Below are positions 1 through 13,420 of a stretch of DNA of 64,000 nt, piece after piece. The notes below the pieces were generated by a model, which saw only the letters and a list, made by a program, of their open reading frames with translations, was not told where the DNA came from and did not search any database. Location of the stretch: the NCBI GenBank assembly GCA_038087875.1, contig JAXLNO010000655.1, positions 1-64,000 on the forward strand. The letters run 5' to 3'. Position 1 is the first letter of the stretch, and every line of letters begins with the position of its first letter. The position numbers and the translations under genes were made by a program. The DNA is from Malacoraja senta. Lineage: Eukaryota.

Positions 1-713
1 AGTCCACCTTGGTATTAAGACATTAAAATTAAAATTATCATTAATGAAATCACGGGATGAAATAATTAATTTGCATTCAATGGTTTAATGGTCCTTTATT
101 GTCAGGTGTACTGAGGTACTGTGAAATTTGATTTACCACACAGTCATACCAAAAAAAGCAACATGACACAAAACGACATAAAGATTAAACATAAACAGCC
201 ACCACAGTGGCGTGTGTGAATCCCTAGGGCACCTTTGCTATTATATACTAACAGGAAGCACCCCTCGACAATGTGAGCAATTTTCTGGCACCATTCCTTT
301 GGCAAGGGGAGACTGAAAACATTTAGTCAGAACCTCAGCTGTTCCCACCCTTGCTTCTTTTAACTGTCTGGGAAACATTTCTGCTGGACCTGATGATTTG
401 TCCACCTTCAGAGATGCCAACTTCACTAAATTAATGCAGTAATCCAGACATGGCTGCAATTGTACTGCAAATTTAGCAAACCTCACAGCCTGTATTTGGA
501 ATCAAGCCCCAAAATGATTCAGTGGCAAAACAAACTCTCATGGTCAAGGTCCGAGGAATCATTACTGGATTTAAACAGAAAACAATGACTTCCTCAGAGT
601 GTCTAAAAAGTGTTTGCAGCCAATGTTGCTTATAAGGTACCTTTGTTGTTCAATTAACATTGGAATGTCATAAACCGTGTAACTAATTTGAAAATAGCAA
701 ATATGTGATAATG

Positions 714-1754
714 TAGGTATGTTACAAAACTTACCTTCAGTCGCGCTGTAATTCTGCCACTGGCCGTGTGCGCGATTTTGGCGCCTTTAAGGGGGGGGCG
801 GGGTTAAAACGCGGTTTATCCTCCCTTGTCCTGGAAATATTTTGTTGGAGTACAAGACTTCGCTGACAAAATCGTTCCTACCGGCGTTTTGTGAATTTTT
901 TTTAAAAATTAAATCGTCAATGTCAGCGCTACAGTCATTTTAAAAGCAGCTCCTGAAGCGTCAACGCCAATAACGGGGATGGATTTCACACAATGGACAG
1001 GTAAACGAAAGTGCTTTCTTTAAATGTATAAAAGTGCTTCTTAAGAAGCCTTTAATTCACATTTTGTCATGCGACACGGTGATTTTATTCCCCGAATTAA
1101 CGGCAGTATTTTTCATGCCAATACGGGGTTAAATTCACTGCAAATGAACGTTCCAAAAGATCGCGTTCCAGAAATTCTCACTCGCAAGATGAATTAAATC
1201 CCCATTAATTTACAGGTATTAAACATTCAATTCCTTCCATTTGGCCTGTAAATTCATGAAAATTAGATTTAAAAATTATGTTATATTGTGAATTATTGTG
1301 TGAATGTTATTTGGACACTTAGGCTATTTAAAAATGTTAATCTATTCTTAAGAAATTGATAGATGTTTAGATCTAGTAATTGAATTTTGTAATTAGCTAC
1401 AATTAGGTAACTAACTAATTATATGCTTTACTTTCATGTCTTCGAAGTAAGATTGTTTCATATTTGTTTCAGAATGCTTCAATCTATAATACCTGAAAAT
1501 TTCTTTCAGTTACCATAATTTTTAAGAAAGTTATGGGCTTTTAACTGTCCTCGATCACAGCTTTTGTGTTAAGTCAATGGAAAAGCAATAGGGAACAAGA
1601 TGCTAATTTCTGAGTATGATAATGGCCATAACTTTTTTAATACTGAAGATATGAAAGTGAATTAAGTGTCAAATTAAACTTCTTTTTATGCTTTATCTGA
1701 TGGGATAAATTGCAGACTTTATTTTTTAAATCTCAAAATTTTGTAACATTGCTA
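714..1754. mobile_element. Non-autonomous cut-and-paste DNA transposon with 7-bp TSD
   Basis: Imperfect 16-bp TIRs: TAGGTATGTTACAAAA at 714-729 and TTTTGTAACATTGCTA ending at 1754 (2 mismatches). Direct repeat GATAATG at 707-713 and 1755-1761. No ORF inside. Confidence 0.7.
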
Positions 1755-2915
1755 GATAATGTACTAATGTGGTGGATCAACTACTTGAAGGTTGTTACTT
1801 TTGGGGTAAAGACTGGAAAAGTCACCCTGGAAAACACATTTCTTTCTCTAAAATATGCCAAAATAAAATATTTCACATCTGCCTGAGACACCAAACATGA
1901 TTTAATTCAATATTTCATTTGAAAGTTGGCACTTCAGGTGCAGCATTCTTCTCAGTATTGTACTGGAAGCATCAGGTGTGACTTTCTGCTTAAATCATTT
2001 GAGTAGGACTTTTAAATAACATTTTGTAGTCTATTTTGAAGTACAACCTTCTAAACCAAGTGTGAAGGCATCCTTTCAATTTCCTTGAAAAGATCTGACA
2101 CATGACGTGAAACGGTTTAACAATAGTCTTTGCTTCAGAAAATAAGAGGCATTGTTAATTGTTATTGTTAAAAAGCAAACATGCAATATTTTGGACTGAA
2201 TTTTCAGGCTTTAAAGTGAAATCCAACTGCAGAAATGTAAAACACAAAGTACACAGATCACTATAATAGCTCACTCAGTGAGGGTCACAAATATTCAACT
2301 GGAATTGATGTTACCTTAAGTTGTTGATCTCTCACGTCAAGCTGGGTCTCTTTGTCCTGAATTTGGTCTTTGAGCTGCACTACCAGTTGTTCCTGCTGAG
2401 CCAACTGCTCAGTTAAATCAGCCACCGAATACTTACCTGCAGACTTCTGGCAGCTCAGTGCCTGCAGAATAATTGGTCACCATTAATAACTGCATCATAG
2501 TGAATCGGACTTCGGAGAAAACAGTATTGAAATATTCTGTGACTTGAGAAGTGCATTAATGTGGAATGCATGGAAGCCAATGCATTTTTTGTATTACAAG
2601 GCCACTGCTGCAAAATTCAGTCACTCTGGAGACCCAACGTAATTGGCCTCGTGTATTTTAACATGCTCAAAGGCTTTCCCACGATGAATTCTCATATGGA
2701 GGGGGAAAAATAGGATAGACGGACACAATGTGCTGGATTAACTCAGCAGGTCAGGTGGTATCTCTGGGAAAAAAAGGATGGTTTATGTTTCGGGTCAGGA
2801 CCCTTTATCAAATTTGTCGTGGTCTTTTCTTGCTTCCAGATCCACCCCCTACAATCAGTCTAAAGAAGGGTCCCAAACTGAAACTTCACCCATCCTTTTT
2901 CACCCAAGCCACTGA

Positions 2916-3210
2916 GTTAGTTTAGTTTAGTTCAGTTTAGTTTAGAGATACTAAACCGACTCTGCGCCAACCAGCAATCCCTGCGCATTAACACTATCCT
3001 ACACACTTGGGACAATTTACAATTATACCTAGCCAATTAACCTACAAACCAGTGCGTGTTTGGAGTGTGGGAGGACACCCGAGATCCCGGATAAAATCCA
3101 CGCAGGTCACGGGGAGAACTTACAAACTATGTACAGACAAGCACCTGTAGTCAGGATCGAACCCGGTTTCCTGGCACTGTATGGCAGCAACTCTACCGCT
3201 GCACCACCAT
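2916..3210 (-). mobile_element. V-SINE (HE1-like, tRNA-derived head)
   Basis: Reverse complement of a tRNA-like head (TGGTGCAGCGGTAGAGTTGCTGCC...GGTTCGATCC), V-domain core and (CTAAA)n tail. Inserted into a Penelope-type repeat (about 2717-2915 / 3211-3265). Confidence 0.85.
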
Positions 3211-6200
3211 TACTCCAGCAGTGTGTCCATTTTTGATATAAACCAGCATCTGCATTTCTTTGTATCTGGGATGTAAATCTGATTTGTTAGTAATACTGAG
3301 AAAAGAGGAAGTGTCCTGGAGAGTTGCACACGTGAGGTGGGAGTGACCCTAGGAGCAGCGCGGGCCCAATCCACCCGCCGAACAACCGCGCCGCCGACCG
3401 GAACGTGAACCGGTTGGCTAGGCTCGCCCCACAGGCCTCCCAGGGGACCGAGGTGAAGCCGGATGGCGAGGTCTGCCTGGGCTGAAGGAGCCTCAGCAGG
3501 AACGGGAGCTTTGGCGGTGGTGGGAGCCTCACGATTGACCCGCAATCAGCGTTCAATGAGAGGGGAGGGGGGGGGGTAGGGGAAGACAATGGTGATCTGG
3601 CGTTGGGGGACTACCATGAGGGATAGTGGTAGAACAATGTGGGTCCCGGTGTGGGGGAGTACTCTACTTTTATAATTCTCTACCCAGGGGATAAGGCTGC
3701 GTTTGTTTGTTCGTTCGTTCCATTTAAGGCGTTGTGCACACGGCAGGCAGCCAACAGTCGCTTGTCTTTTTCTTTTTATTTGCACTTTTAATTTCAAGTT
3801 TTCGTGCACCTTGTGTGTTGTGACGGTTGGCAGACCAATTTCCCTCCGGGGATGAAGAAAGTTTTATTGTATCGTATCGTAAGTGAAAACCAAGGGTCAA
3901 TTCAGGCTTCAGTGAGGGCCAATAGCTATCTAATGCCTGTGGGTGAGTAGTGATATGTTGGAGCAGAGGAGTTTAGAATTGGTGGTCAATGCTGCCCCCA
4001 CAAGGTAAGGTGTTGTGATGAGCAGCTGACTCCTAGTACCAAGAACTTGGGTCCTGCTCAGACCAATCCCCTTTATCTTGGAACAAACAGGATGCCCATC
4101 ATTTCTAGGGTTGCTTCTACATTAGTGGCCCACCATTGCTCACTGCACAGGACAGGAAGAAAATCATGAATGTCATAAACATATCAGGTTTACTTTGAGG
4201 AGAATGTATTTTTTCAAGTAGTGAACGAGTCACATTACACAAATAAACATTTCCCGGCCTCAATATGCACAACCCATCTAATAAAAATTAGTAATGCCAA
4301 TAACAAATAATAAAACATGAGAAATTCAATTTGAAATGGCTAAAATTTACCAGAGGCAAAATATAACGGACAAATTAAGTTAAGCACAGGAAAGCATTTT
4401 CATTAAATATTTTTGAAATTGAAATCATAAGCAAGTGATTGTAGTCCACACATTATTTTATACAAGGAAAAACTAAATTCCTAAATATATCATGAATACA
4501 AATACAAATTTTATAAATGCAAATGCAACACAAGAAATTACAAAAATACTTACCCCCGCCGATGCAAGGGGCAGTTTGTTTGCACAAATGCACCTCCACA
4601 TGCTTCTATTTTAATGTGGCTGTAAATTAACCAAAATAATAATTAAATAGAATTGGTACAGAGCAGACAAGCAGAGAAGATTAGTTTAAATGGTCATCAT
4701 CCTTGGCACGGACATTGTGGGCCAAAGGGCCTGTTCCTGTGCTGTACTGTCCTATGTTCTATACTCTTGAGGTTCCGTTTAGTTTGTTGTCACGTGTACC
4801 GAGGTACAGGGTAAAGCTTTGGTTGCGTGCTGACCAGTCAGCAGAAGGACAATACACAATTACAATCGACCCATTTACAGCGCAAGGTAAACCCAGCAAA
4901 GTCTGATCAAGGATAGTCCGAGGGTCATCAAAGCGGTAGATAATAGTTCAGTACTAATGATGCGAATGATGAGATTAGCAAATGCCAGAGGAGTCCAATT
5001 GAAGAAAGTGACACCCAATGCAAAGCAGATCAGTGGCAGATAATGAAGAGACATTAAAGTGAATGGAGAGGAGGAATTTCTTTAATCAGAGGGTGGTGAA
5101 TCTGTCTAATTCATTGCCACAGAAGGATGTGGAGGCCAAGTCAATGGATATTGTATGGCGGAGATTGATAGATTCTTGATTAGTGCGGGTGTCAGGGGTT
5201 ATGGGGGAGATGGCAATAAGTATGAAAACAGCTGGGCTCTAAAATTCAGGTAGTTCCAATGTTTTAAACGATCATACATCTAAATTCCTTACAACCAATA
5301 AGCAGAGCAGGATTAAGGGCTCAAAGATGCCTCAATAATGATCAATAATGGGGAGTTGCAATAGTGGACAAATTATGATGCAATGCAATACACAAAATAT
5401 TTCTGTGACAGTGGATACGTGGAACCTGGGACCTCAATTGTTTTCGAAGCAGGGTTAAATTTCAGTTGACTTTTGCTCATTGAACATGTACATGGTTTCA
5501 CTTTGATGACGTAACTTTCAATGAACACATAATATGAACACGCTAGATGCAACAATGGAAATAAAACTGAGGCAACTGAAAGGTATAACATGTATGGATC
5601 ACAAGACAAAGGAGCTGCCGTTTAAAACAGAGGTGTGCAAGAATTTCCTCTCTCAGTGGATGATAAATCTCTGGATTTCTCTATCCTGGTGATTGTGGAG
5701 GTTAGATGACTTGAGGTATTCAAACACAAGGTAGATCAATCAAATCATGTTATCAATTAGGTCCACTTAATATAAATAATGTTCACTAAATCCACATTAC
5801 ATCCAATTCACACGATGGAAATAACCATTACAGCAGAACTACCTGCATCAAATCATATACAAACGTCCCAAATTACCTTAATTTCACAGATTACATCACC
5901 TCACAAAATGGTGCAAAAACAGCAAATTAAAAGTCAAGACACAGATTAAAGTTGCATCTTGCTGTAATTAGTTTAACATTATATTCCATAACTGTACCAC
6001 AGTTGATCAGCTTATTTACAACGACTGCTGCTAAAACTGGGTCTACTTGTGAAGAAAGTTTGCCATCCTGCACTGCACAAAGGTAGAACACAGCTTGATA
6101 TCCAATTGCAAACTTGTGCCTTCCAGCACCTCCTATCAGTTGTTATTTAATTCTAGAAGTATGGCCAAAGTTATATATAGATTTCCTTTGCCGATATTGG

Positions 6201-6654
6201 ACTTATCTGCATTTCATCCTATTTCCATTTCCACGTGCAAGGACACAAACAAATAGCTTTTTCCATGAGCACTTTCCATTTTTCAGCATTCCAATAATTT
6301 TGAATTATTGTCACTGCTAGGATACAGGAAAACACACCAGCTGATTTGGACATGGCAAAGTTCCCCCAATAACCAGATAAAATATTCTGGTGGAGTTGGT
6401 TTCTGTTTAAGTATTAGGCATCAAAAATCCCCGGTATTCATCAAATAGTACCACTGAACGTAAGACGACAGATGAGGCCTCTAGTTCATCCAGAATTGGC
6501 ACCTCGGACAGTGTAGCACTTCCTTATCACTGGATTGGCAGTTCTCGCAGGTTATGTGTCTATAAACTGACTCAAAAGCAAATCCTACTCTATTGTCAAA
6601 GTAACTACAACTCAAAACAAAGAAGTCAATGGAATTTGCACTCATAAAATGAGC

Positions 6655-7495
6655 AGCACAATGGCGCAGCCGGTAGAGTTACTACCTCACAGCGCCAGAG
6701 ACCTTGGTTCTCGGACATTGGGTGCTGTGGAGTTTGAGTGACTGTGTGGGTTTCCTCCGGGTGTTCCAGTTTCCTCCCACATCCCAAACACATGCAGCTT
6801 TTTAGGTTGCCGTAAATGGCCTCCTTAAAATTGCCACTAATGTGTAGGGAGTGTTTGAAAAAGGGGGAATAACATAGTGTGTAGCGACACCCGGTGGTGA
6901 CTCTGAGTAAGCGAACCCTCGTGATTGACTGGAGGAGTCACTGAATGCGGGTGTTCTATTGGCAGTGTTTTTGCTGTAACTGTAAGTAACTGTCAGTCTA
7001 GCACCAACACTTGTGGAAGCCACATTTTAAATTTGGTTGTCTTATCGCCCATGCATTGTTGGCTCGTTGTTTCGTTAAAATAAAACGATTCAAACCAACT
7101 TACCTTCTCTGACTCGCCAAAATAGCCTGCTTTGGGACATAAGACAATAAAACATGCTTGACAATAAAACACTCTTGAACCAGTATGAATGTCGAGACCA
7201 ACGAGGGCGCCTAAGCAAGGCCATCCTTTGCGTGCTGGTCTGTGTCTACGTGTAGACTGTAAGAGGTTTGCTGACATCCATTACAATCATTCCACTCTTA
7301 AATCTTTATTTACCCTTCACCTGTACACTGTGGATGGTTTGATTCCATCATGTATAGGTCTTTCTTTGGCTGGATAGCATGCAAATTCAAGCTTTTCATA
7401 TGACAATGAACTAAACTAAAACAGGTGATCGATGGTCACCATAGAACCACTGGTCCGAAGCGCCTGATTCATGTTGTATCTCTAAACTAAATTTA
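6655..7495 (+). mobile_element. V-SINE split by later insertions (head 6655-6879, tail about 7422-7495)
   Basis: Head GCACAATGGCGCAGCCGGTAGAG and core GTGGGTTTCCTCCGGGTGTTCCAGTTTCCTCCCAC. The tail resumes at GGTGATCGATGGTC...TATCTCTAAACTAAA. Confidence 0.7.
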
Positions 7496-8929
7496 AATCG
7501 CTTCTAACCAAGAGCTTGTGAAATTCCTTAGTTTCTTTGCTTATGTGATGGAAGTCACTTGGAAAGCATATGTAATTTTGTGCACACAAGTCTCCACTAT
7601 AAAATGTCCTGAAACATTTGGCTTCCCACACTCATACAGATATACAGGAGTGAACATCTTATGTAAATTATCAGCACTATACAAGGTAAGTGGAAAAGAA
7701 AATTATAATACCTGTATCAATTTTCCAAACAATAACTGTATAGTCCAAATATCACAATATAAAAATATTCGATGATCTTTCCCCAAGCGGACAATTTCCA
7801 GATTGAATTTAGCCTCCTGATAGTCACGTAATTAGAAAAACACAAAGAAGGCTATTGTCTACTGCGAGGGGAATTGATAACAAAGGCACGCAGATTAGGT
7901 TGTAGTTTCTGCGGATATTCACAACACTTCACCTGAAAGATTTTTTACAGGAAAGGTCTCAGAATATAGAGATGTTAAGAATAAGTTGTTCAGGTTAATT
8001 TTGCTCAACTAATAGCTGAAATGGGATAAGCCGTGCTGTCTTCTCACTGTTACCATCCGACAGGATACACAGAAGAGTAACGTCCCACAATCCCAGTTCA
8101 AAAAAAGCTACTGTCCCATCAGGTTCTTTAACTGACCTAATGCTACCACAACAACGGAACATTACAGAACATCTCTTGGCAACCATGCATTGTTTAATTT
8201 ACTGAATTCCATTTTATAGACATTAGACAATGTCATATGACAATTACCTGAATGGTGCAGGAGCAGGTCATTTGGCCCTTTGAGCCTGCACCACCATTCA
8301 CTGTGATCATGGTTGATCATCCACAATCAGTATCCCGTTCCTGCCTTCTCCCCATAGAATAGAATATAGATTATTGGAGGTGTTTCAGTTTGTTCCTGCA
8401 TACAAATAATTTATCACCAAATTCCTTTAGTCCACTGGAAGTAGATCACCAAACTTCAGAGATTTCCTGCTTCTATCGCCATAATCTCCAAGCACTATGT
8501 CATTAATCCTAACATCGATTTCTTTCAATTCCTACCATCCATACATTTAGAAAGCTAATTGTGCCCTCCATTGTGGAGATAGAACTGAACAGCATTTAAT
8601 TATTCTGCAATTTATTTGTTCCCAACCAGGGTTTCTAACCAAGAGACTTATTTTTGTTTTCAATTACATTTCATCAGAACTGGAAGAAGCTATAAAACAA
8701 GCTTATATTTCTCACTTGTTCCCAGTTCGCATGAAAAGTTGTTGACCTGAGATGTGAACTATGTTCCTCTCACCACAAATGAAAGTGAGTAGCTCCAACA
8801 TTTTCTGCTTCTCTACAGCCATCAGGCTATTACACAATACAACCTGCAAATAAGATCTGAACTACATAGACTTCAGAGCAGCGGTGTTGTTTTTTTGCTC
8901 TATTATTGTTTGTTGGCTAATTTTATTTG

Positions 8930-9280
8930 TGTACATATGCATATATATACTTATATATATATATATATATACATATATGTGTGCGTATATATATACATAT
9001 GTGAGAGAGTGAGAGTGTGAGAGTGGGAGAGTGAGAGTGTGAGAGTGTGAGAGTGTGAGAGAGAGAGAGAGGGGGGGAGAAGGGGGAGAGAGAGAAGGGA
9101 GAGAGAAGGGGAGAGAGAAGGGAGAGAGAGCAGGGGGGGAAGAGAGAAGGGGGAGAGAGAGAAGGGGGAGAGAGAGGAGGAGAGAGAAGAGGGGAGAGAG
9201 AGGAGGAGAGAGAGAAGAGTATAGAGAGAAGAGGAGAGAGAAGGGAGAGAGAGAGAGGGGGGGAGAGAGAAGGGGGTGGC
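8930..9280. repeat. (AT)n plus GA-rich low-complexity microsatellite
   Basis: Directly visible AT tract followed by a polypurine GA/GGA tract. Confidence 0.95.
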
Positions 9281-9454
9281 GGGAGCATGGGGTTCATTTT
9301 CCCACACAAGCCATAGGTGACTGGGCAATCTGAACCCAAGCAACAAGTTGAAAGCGGCCGAAGGTGTGCATTCCTCGGGACAGCCCCCACTCTCCCACGG
9401 CTGCGGGTTGGGTGGATCGGAGGATTGGGGCAATGTTTATGCCTTCGCGGTGAT

Positions 9455-10758
9455 AGAAACATAGAAACATAGAAAATAGGTGCAGGAGTAGGCCATTCGG
9501 CCCTTCGAGCCTGCACCACCATTTGATATGATCATGGCTGATCATCCAACTCAGTATCCCATCCCTGCCTTCTCTCCATACCCCCTGATCCCTTTAGCCA
9601 CAAGGGCCACATCTAACTCCCTCTTAAATATAGCCTATGAACTGGCCTCAACTACCTTCTGTGGCAGAGAATTCCACAGATTCACCACTCTCTGTGTAAA
9701 AAATGATTTCCTCATCTTGGTCCTAAAAGTCTTCCCTCTTATCCTTAAACTGTGACCCCTAGTTCTGGACTTCCCCAACATCGGGAATAATTTTCCTGTA
9801 TCCAGCCTGTCCAACCCCTTAAGAATTTTGTAAGTTTCTATAAGATCCCCCTCAGTCTTCTGAATTCCAACGTGTACAAGCCGAGTCTATCCAGTCTTTC
9901 CTCATATGAAAGTCCTGCCATCCCAGGAATCAGTCTGGTAAACCTTCTCTGTACTCCCTCTATGGCAAGAATGTCTTTCCTCAGATTAGGAGACCAAAAC
10001 TGTATGCAATACTCCAGGTATGGTCTCACCAAGACCCTGTACAACTGCAGTAGAACCTCCCTGCTCTTATACTCAAATCCTTTTGCTATGAATGCTAACA
10101 TACCATTTGCTTTCTTCACTGCCTGCTGCACCTGCATTCCTACTTTCAATGACTGGTGTACCATGACACCCAGGTCTCGTTGCATCTCCCCTTTTCCTAA
10201 TTGGCCACCATTCAGATAATAGTCTACTTTCCTGTTTTTGCCACCAAAGTGGATAACCTCACATTTATCCACATTATACTGCATCTACCATGCCTTTGCC
10301 CACTCACCCAACCTATCCAAGTCACCTTGCAGCCTCCTAGCATCCTCCTCACAGCTAACACTGCCCCCCAGCTTCGTGTCATCCGCAAACCTGGAGATGT
10401 TGCATTCAATTCCCTCATCCAGCTCATTAATATATATTGTAAATAGCTGGGGTCCCAGCACTGAGCCTTGCGGTACCCCACTAGTCACTGCCTGCCATTC
10501 TGAAAAGGACCCGTTTACTCCTACTCTTTGCTTCCTGTCTGCCAGCCAGTTCTCTATCCACATCAATACTTAACCCCCAATACCATGTGCTTTAAGTTTG
10601 TATGCTAATCTCTTATGTGGGACCTTGTCGAAAGCCTTCTGAAAGTCCAGATATAACACATCCACTGGGTTCTCCCTTATCCACTCTACTAGTTATATCC
10701 TCGAAAAATTCTATAAGATTCGTCAGACATGATTTACCTTTCATAAATCCATGCTGAT
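9455..10758 (-). mobile_element. 5'-truncated CR1 LINE (RT C-terminal half plus 3' UTR)
   Basis: Minus-strand ORFs with [14 protein letters not shown] and LVRPYLEY motifs. Octamer tail (TTTCTATG)n. GTGAT duplicated at 9450-9454 and 10759-10763. Confidence 0.93.
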
Positions 10759-12504
10759 GTGATGGACGTGAGGGTCTGGACCAATCGCTGACAAGTCCCG
10801 GCCCCCGGCAACGCCAAGTCCGTTATTGGACTTTTCTGTAAAGCGTCTGTCGGTCCTTTGGCCTGTAGGCGTAGGTGGCGTATCGACTGAGCGGCCATTC
10901 GGTAAGTTTGCATTTAGGCGACGCAGCCTTTCGGTTCGTAGGCGTTTAGGCGTCCCGCGATTTCGGTTAGCTTGAATTTAGGCGTCCCATCCTTTCCGTT
11001 AGTAGGCGTTTCGTCTTCGGACTCTTTCGGTTCATTCGCGTTTCGACTTTGTTTCTATTCGGTTCTTTGGCTTTGGCTTCTTGTCTGTCGGCGCCATGTC
11101 CGCACACGTTATAATACACCACTTCCATCCTACACACCAGGGACAAATTACAGAAGCCAATTAACCTACAAACCCGCACTTCTTTCGGATGTGGGAGAAA
11201 CCGGAATATCCAGAGAAAACCCTTGTGGTAATAAGGCAGCAACTCTACCACTGCCCCACCGTGCTACCCCATTAAATTCATTTTCTGTAATATATTTATT
11301 ATGGTGTCACGTCATTAAAGATGAACACATGTTTCTGATTCCTGCCCTTAGTTGGATAACACACATCTCCAGTCATTATATTTTATGGCTGGTTTTCAAC
11401 CTCTTCAGTCTGAAAGTCTCAACCCGAAACATCACCCATTCTTTCTCTCCAGAGATGCTGCCTGTCCTGTTGAGTTTTTCTAGTTTTTAGTGTCTACCTT
11501 CAGTTTTAACCACCATCTGCAGTTCCTTCCTACACTCTTTGTTAAGCTAAACAGGTCCTATTCTCATAATATTATTCATCTCAACTACGTTTTTTCTTCA
11601 CCTCCGTTGCAGCAGAGAATACAATACCAGTCATCAAATCTTTCTTCAAAATGAAAAAAAAAATTCCAGCCCTACCACCATCTTCATAAATCGCCCCTGG
11701 ATCCTCTCTACTTTTCACTTTCACCCGTTGCACTACTTTGCAATTGCACCCTTTCTACAATGTGTCATAGTCTTACAGCATGGAAACAGGCCCCTCATTC
11801 CAACTTGTTCATGCAGATCAAGATGCCCCCATCTAAACTAGTACCATTTATCCGCATTTGGCCCATATCCCTTTAAACCTTGTGTGTGCCAGTGTGTGAG
11901 TGAGAGTGTGTGTCAGTGAAGCGGCAACAACACCCGGAGTGAGTGGAGACTTGGCGATGCCTGGGGAGCGTTTCCCTCCCCCCCCCCCCGTCTCTTCCTC
12001 CCCCCCCCTCCCGGGAATGCGGCCCAGCCCAGGTGCTTTGTGTCCAGCTGGGGTCCGGGGGAGGTGATGGTCAGTGATCCGGGGGTCAGGCAGCGGAGCG
12101 GAGCCTTAGCCCGAGATTCATCCCCGCGGCTCTGGACAACGCCCCCACTCACCCGATCCGCGCCTGGCTCTGGTTCGGGGTTAAAATTCCATGGGGTGTG
12201 GACAGAGCGGCGGGCGGACACAGAGCCGCCGGAGGTGAGGATGGGAGGTGTGAGCAGTGCCTTGGGGGGGAGGTGCTGGGATGTGTCTCACCTATCATAC
12301 CACGTGCACCATCCACTTTTTTCCCCCCAAATCATCCCGCTGGCCGGTAGTTTGTCATCCCTGCTTTAAACCAATGCATTCTAGTTCTTGAATCACATAT
12401 CCCGGGGAAAAAACTATGCATTCACCTTATATATTCCCCTCATGGTTTTTACTCACCTCTAAAACAATTTTTGCTTTATTTTGAACTTCCAGCACCTGCA
12501 GATT

Positions 12505-12598
12505 TTTGAGCGTGAGAAATTTGTGATCAGCGTGAGAGCGTGAGAATTTTGTGAAATGTATGACTCTCACGCTCAATGCGTGAGAGTTGGCAGCCCTG
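12505..12598. mobile_element. Terminal segment of a hAT-like non-autonomous DNA element
   Basis: Ends in ...GCGTGAGAGTTGGCAGCCCTG, the reverse complement of a CAGGGCTGCCAAC hAT-type TIR. Subterminal CGTGAGA motifs are repeated. Mirrors 17711-17810. Confidence 0.65.
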
Positions 12599-13420
12599 AG
12601 CTAAGGTTAGGATTAGGGTTCGGGTTCGGGTCAGTCAGTTGGTCTGTCGGTCGGGCTTGTCGGTAGGCCGATGGATGCTGTGGAGGATCGGTCGGGCTGT
12701 CGGGCTGCCGGTGGGTGGTGAGAGTTTCCGGGCTGCCGGTGGGTCGTGAGAGTGGTCAGCCCGGCCGGGCCGCCGGTGGATGGTGAAAGTGGTCGGATGG
12801 CCGGTGGGTGCTCTGAGGGGACGGTCGTGGCTGTCAGCTGGGGTGGCGCAGCGAGCGGGCGGGGGCGGACTGATGGAGCCGGTGCTATGGTGGTGCTGAA
12901 GGCGGCTCGGGTGACGTTCAGGGCAGTACTGCTCCCCACCATCATCACCACGATGATCCAGAAGGGCATGCTGGCCGAGGTGGACATGCTGCGGGGCCAC
13001 ACATACGGAGCCCGCAGCCGGTCCCAAAGCGGCTCCAACTCCAGCCGAGGGCAGCTCTGGAAGAGGGGCGAGTTAGGGTTAAGGTTAAGCATTTTCCTGT
13101 CAGTGGAAGATGCCTTAGCCTTCCCCCAGCCTGGCACTGCCCCAGTCCCACTATGGCCGTGACCCCCACTCTGCACACTGGCAGTCAGTGGGGTTCAGTA
13201 GACGGGGGAACCCACAGAAACTGCCCTCACCCATTAATTAGGCTGGTTCAGAAGCCGGACCTCTGCGGCAGTCATATTAAAAAAACACACTCACAATTAT
13301 ATTAATTCTATTATTTTTATATAATATAATTATACATAATTATATATGATTACAGACATATTTACAATATATATATATATATATAAAAAATATGATAAGA
13401 AGAAGAACTCTGAAGAAGGT

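Noticed and set aside
3210..3809. GC-rich patch with short ORFs suggesting a promoter or exon
   Set aside because: No recognisable protein or convincing splice pair; it grades into a LINE-like 3' tail, so it is more likely repeat-derived.
6880..7250. Possible solo LTR (starts TGTAG, has AATAAA motifs) interrupting a SINE
   Set aside because: It ends CTACG rather than CA and no TSD was found; an insertion is likely but its class is unsupported.
8923..9522. Leu/Ser/Pro- and Arg/Glu-rich ORFs
   Set aside because: They run through a GA microsatellite and a CR1 tail.
12601..12630. Interstitial telomere or chromosome fusion site
   Set aside because: Only a few degenerate hexamers and no head-to-head array.
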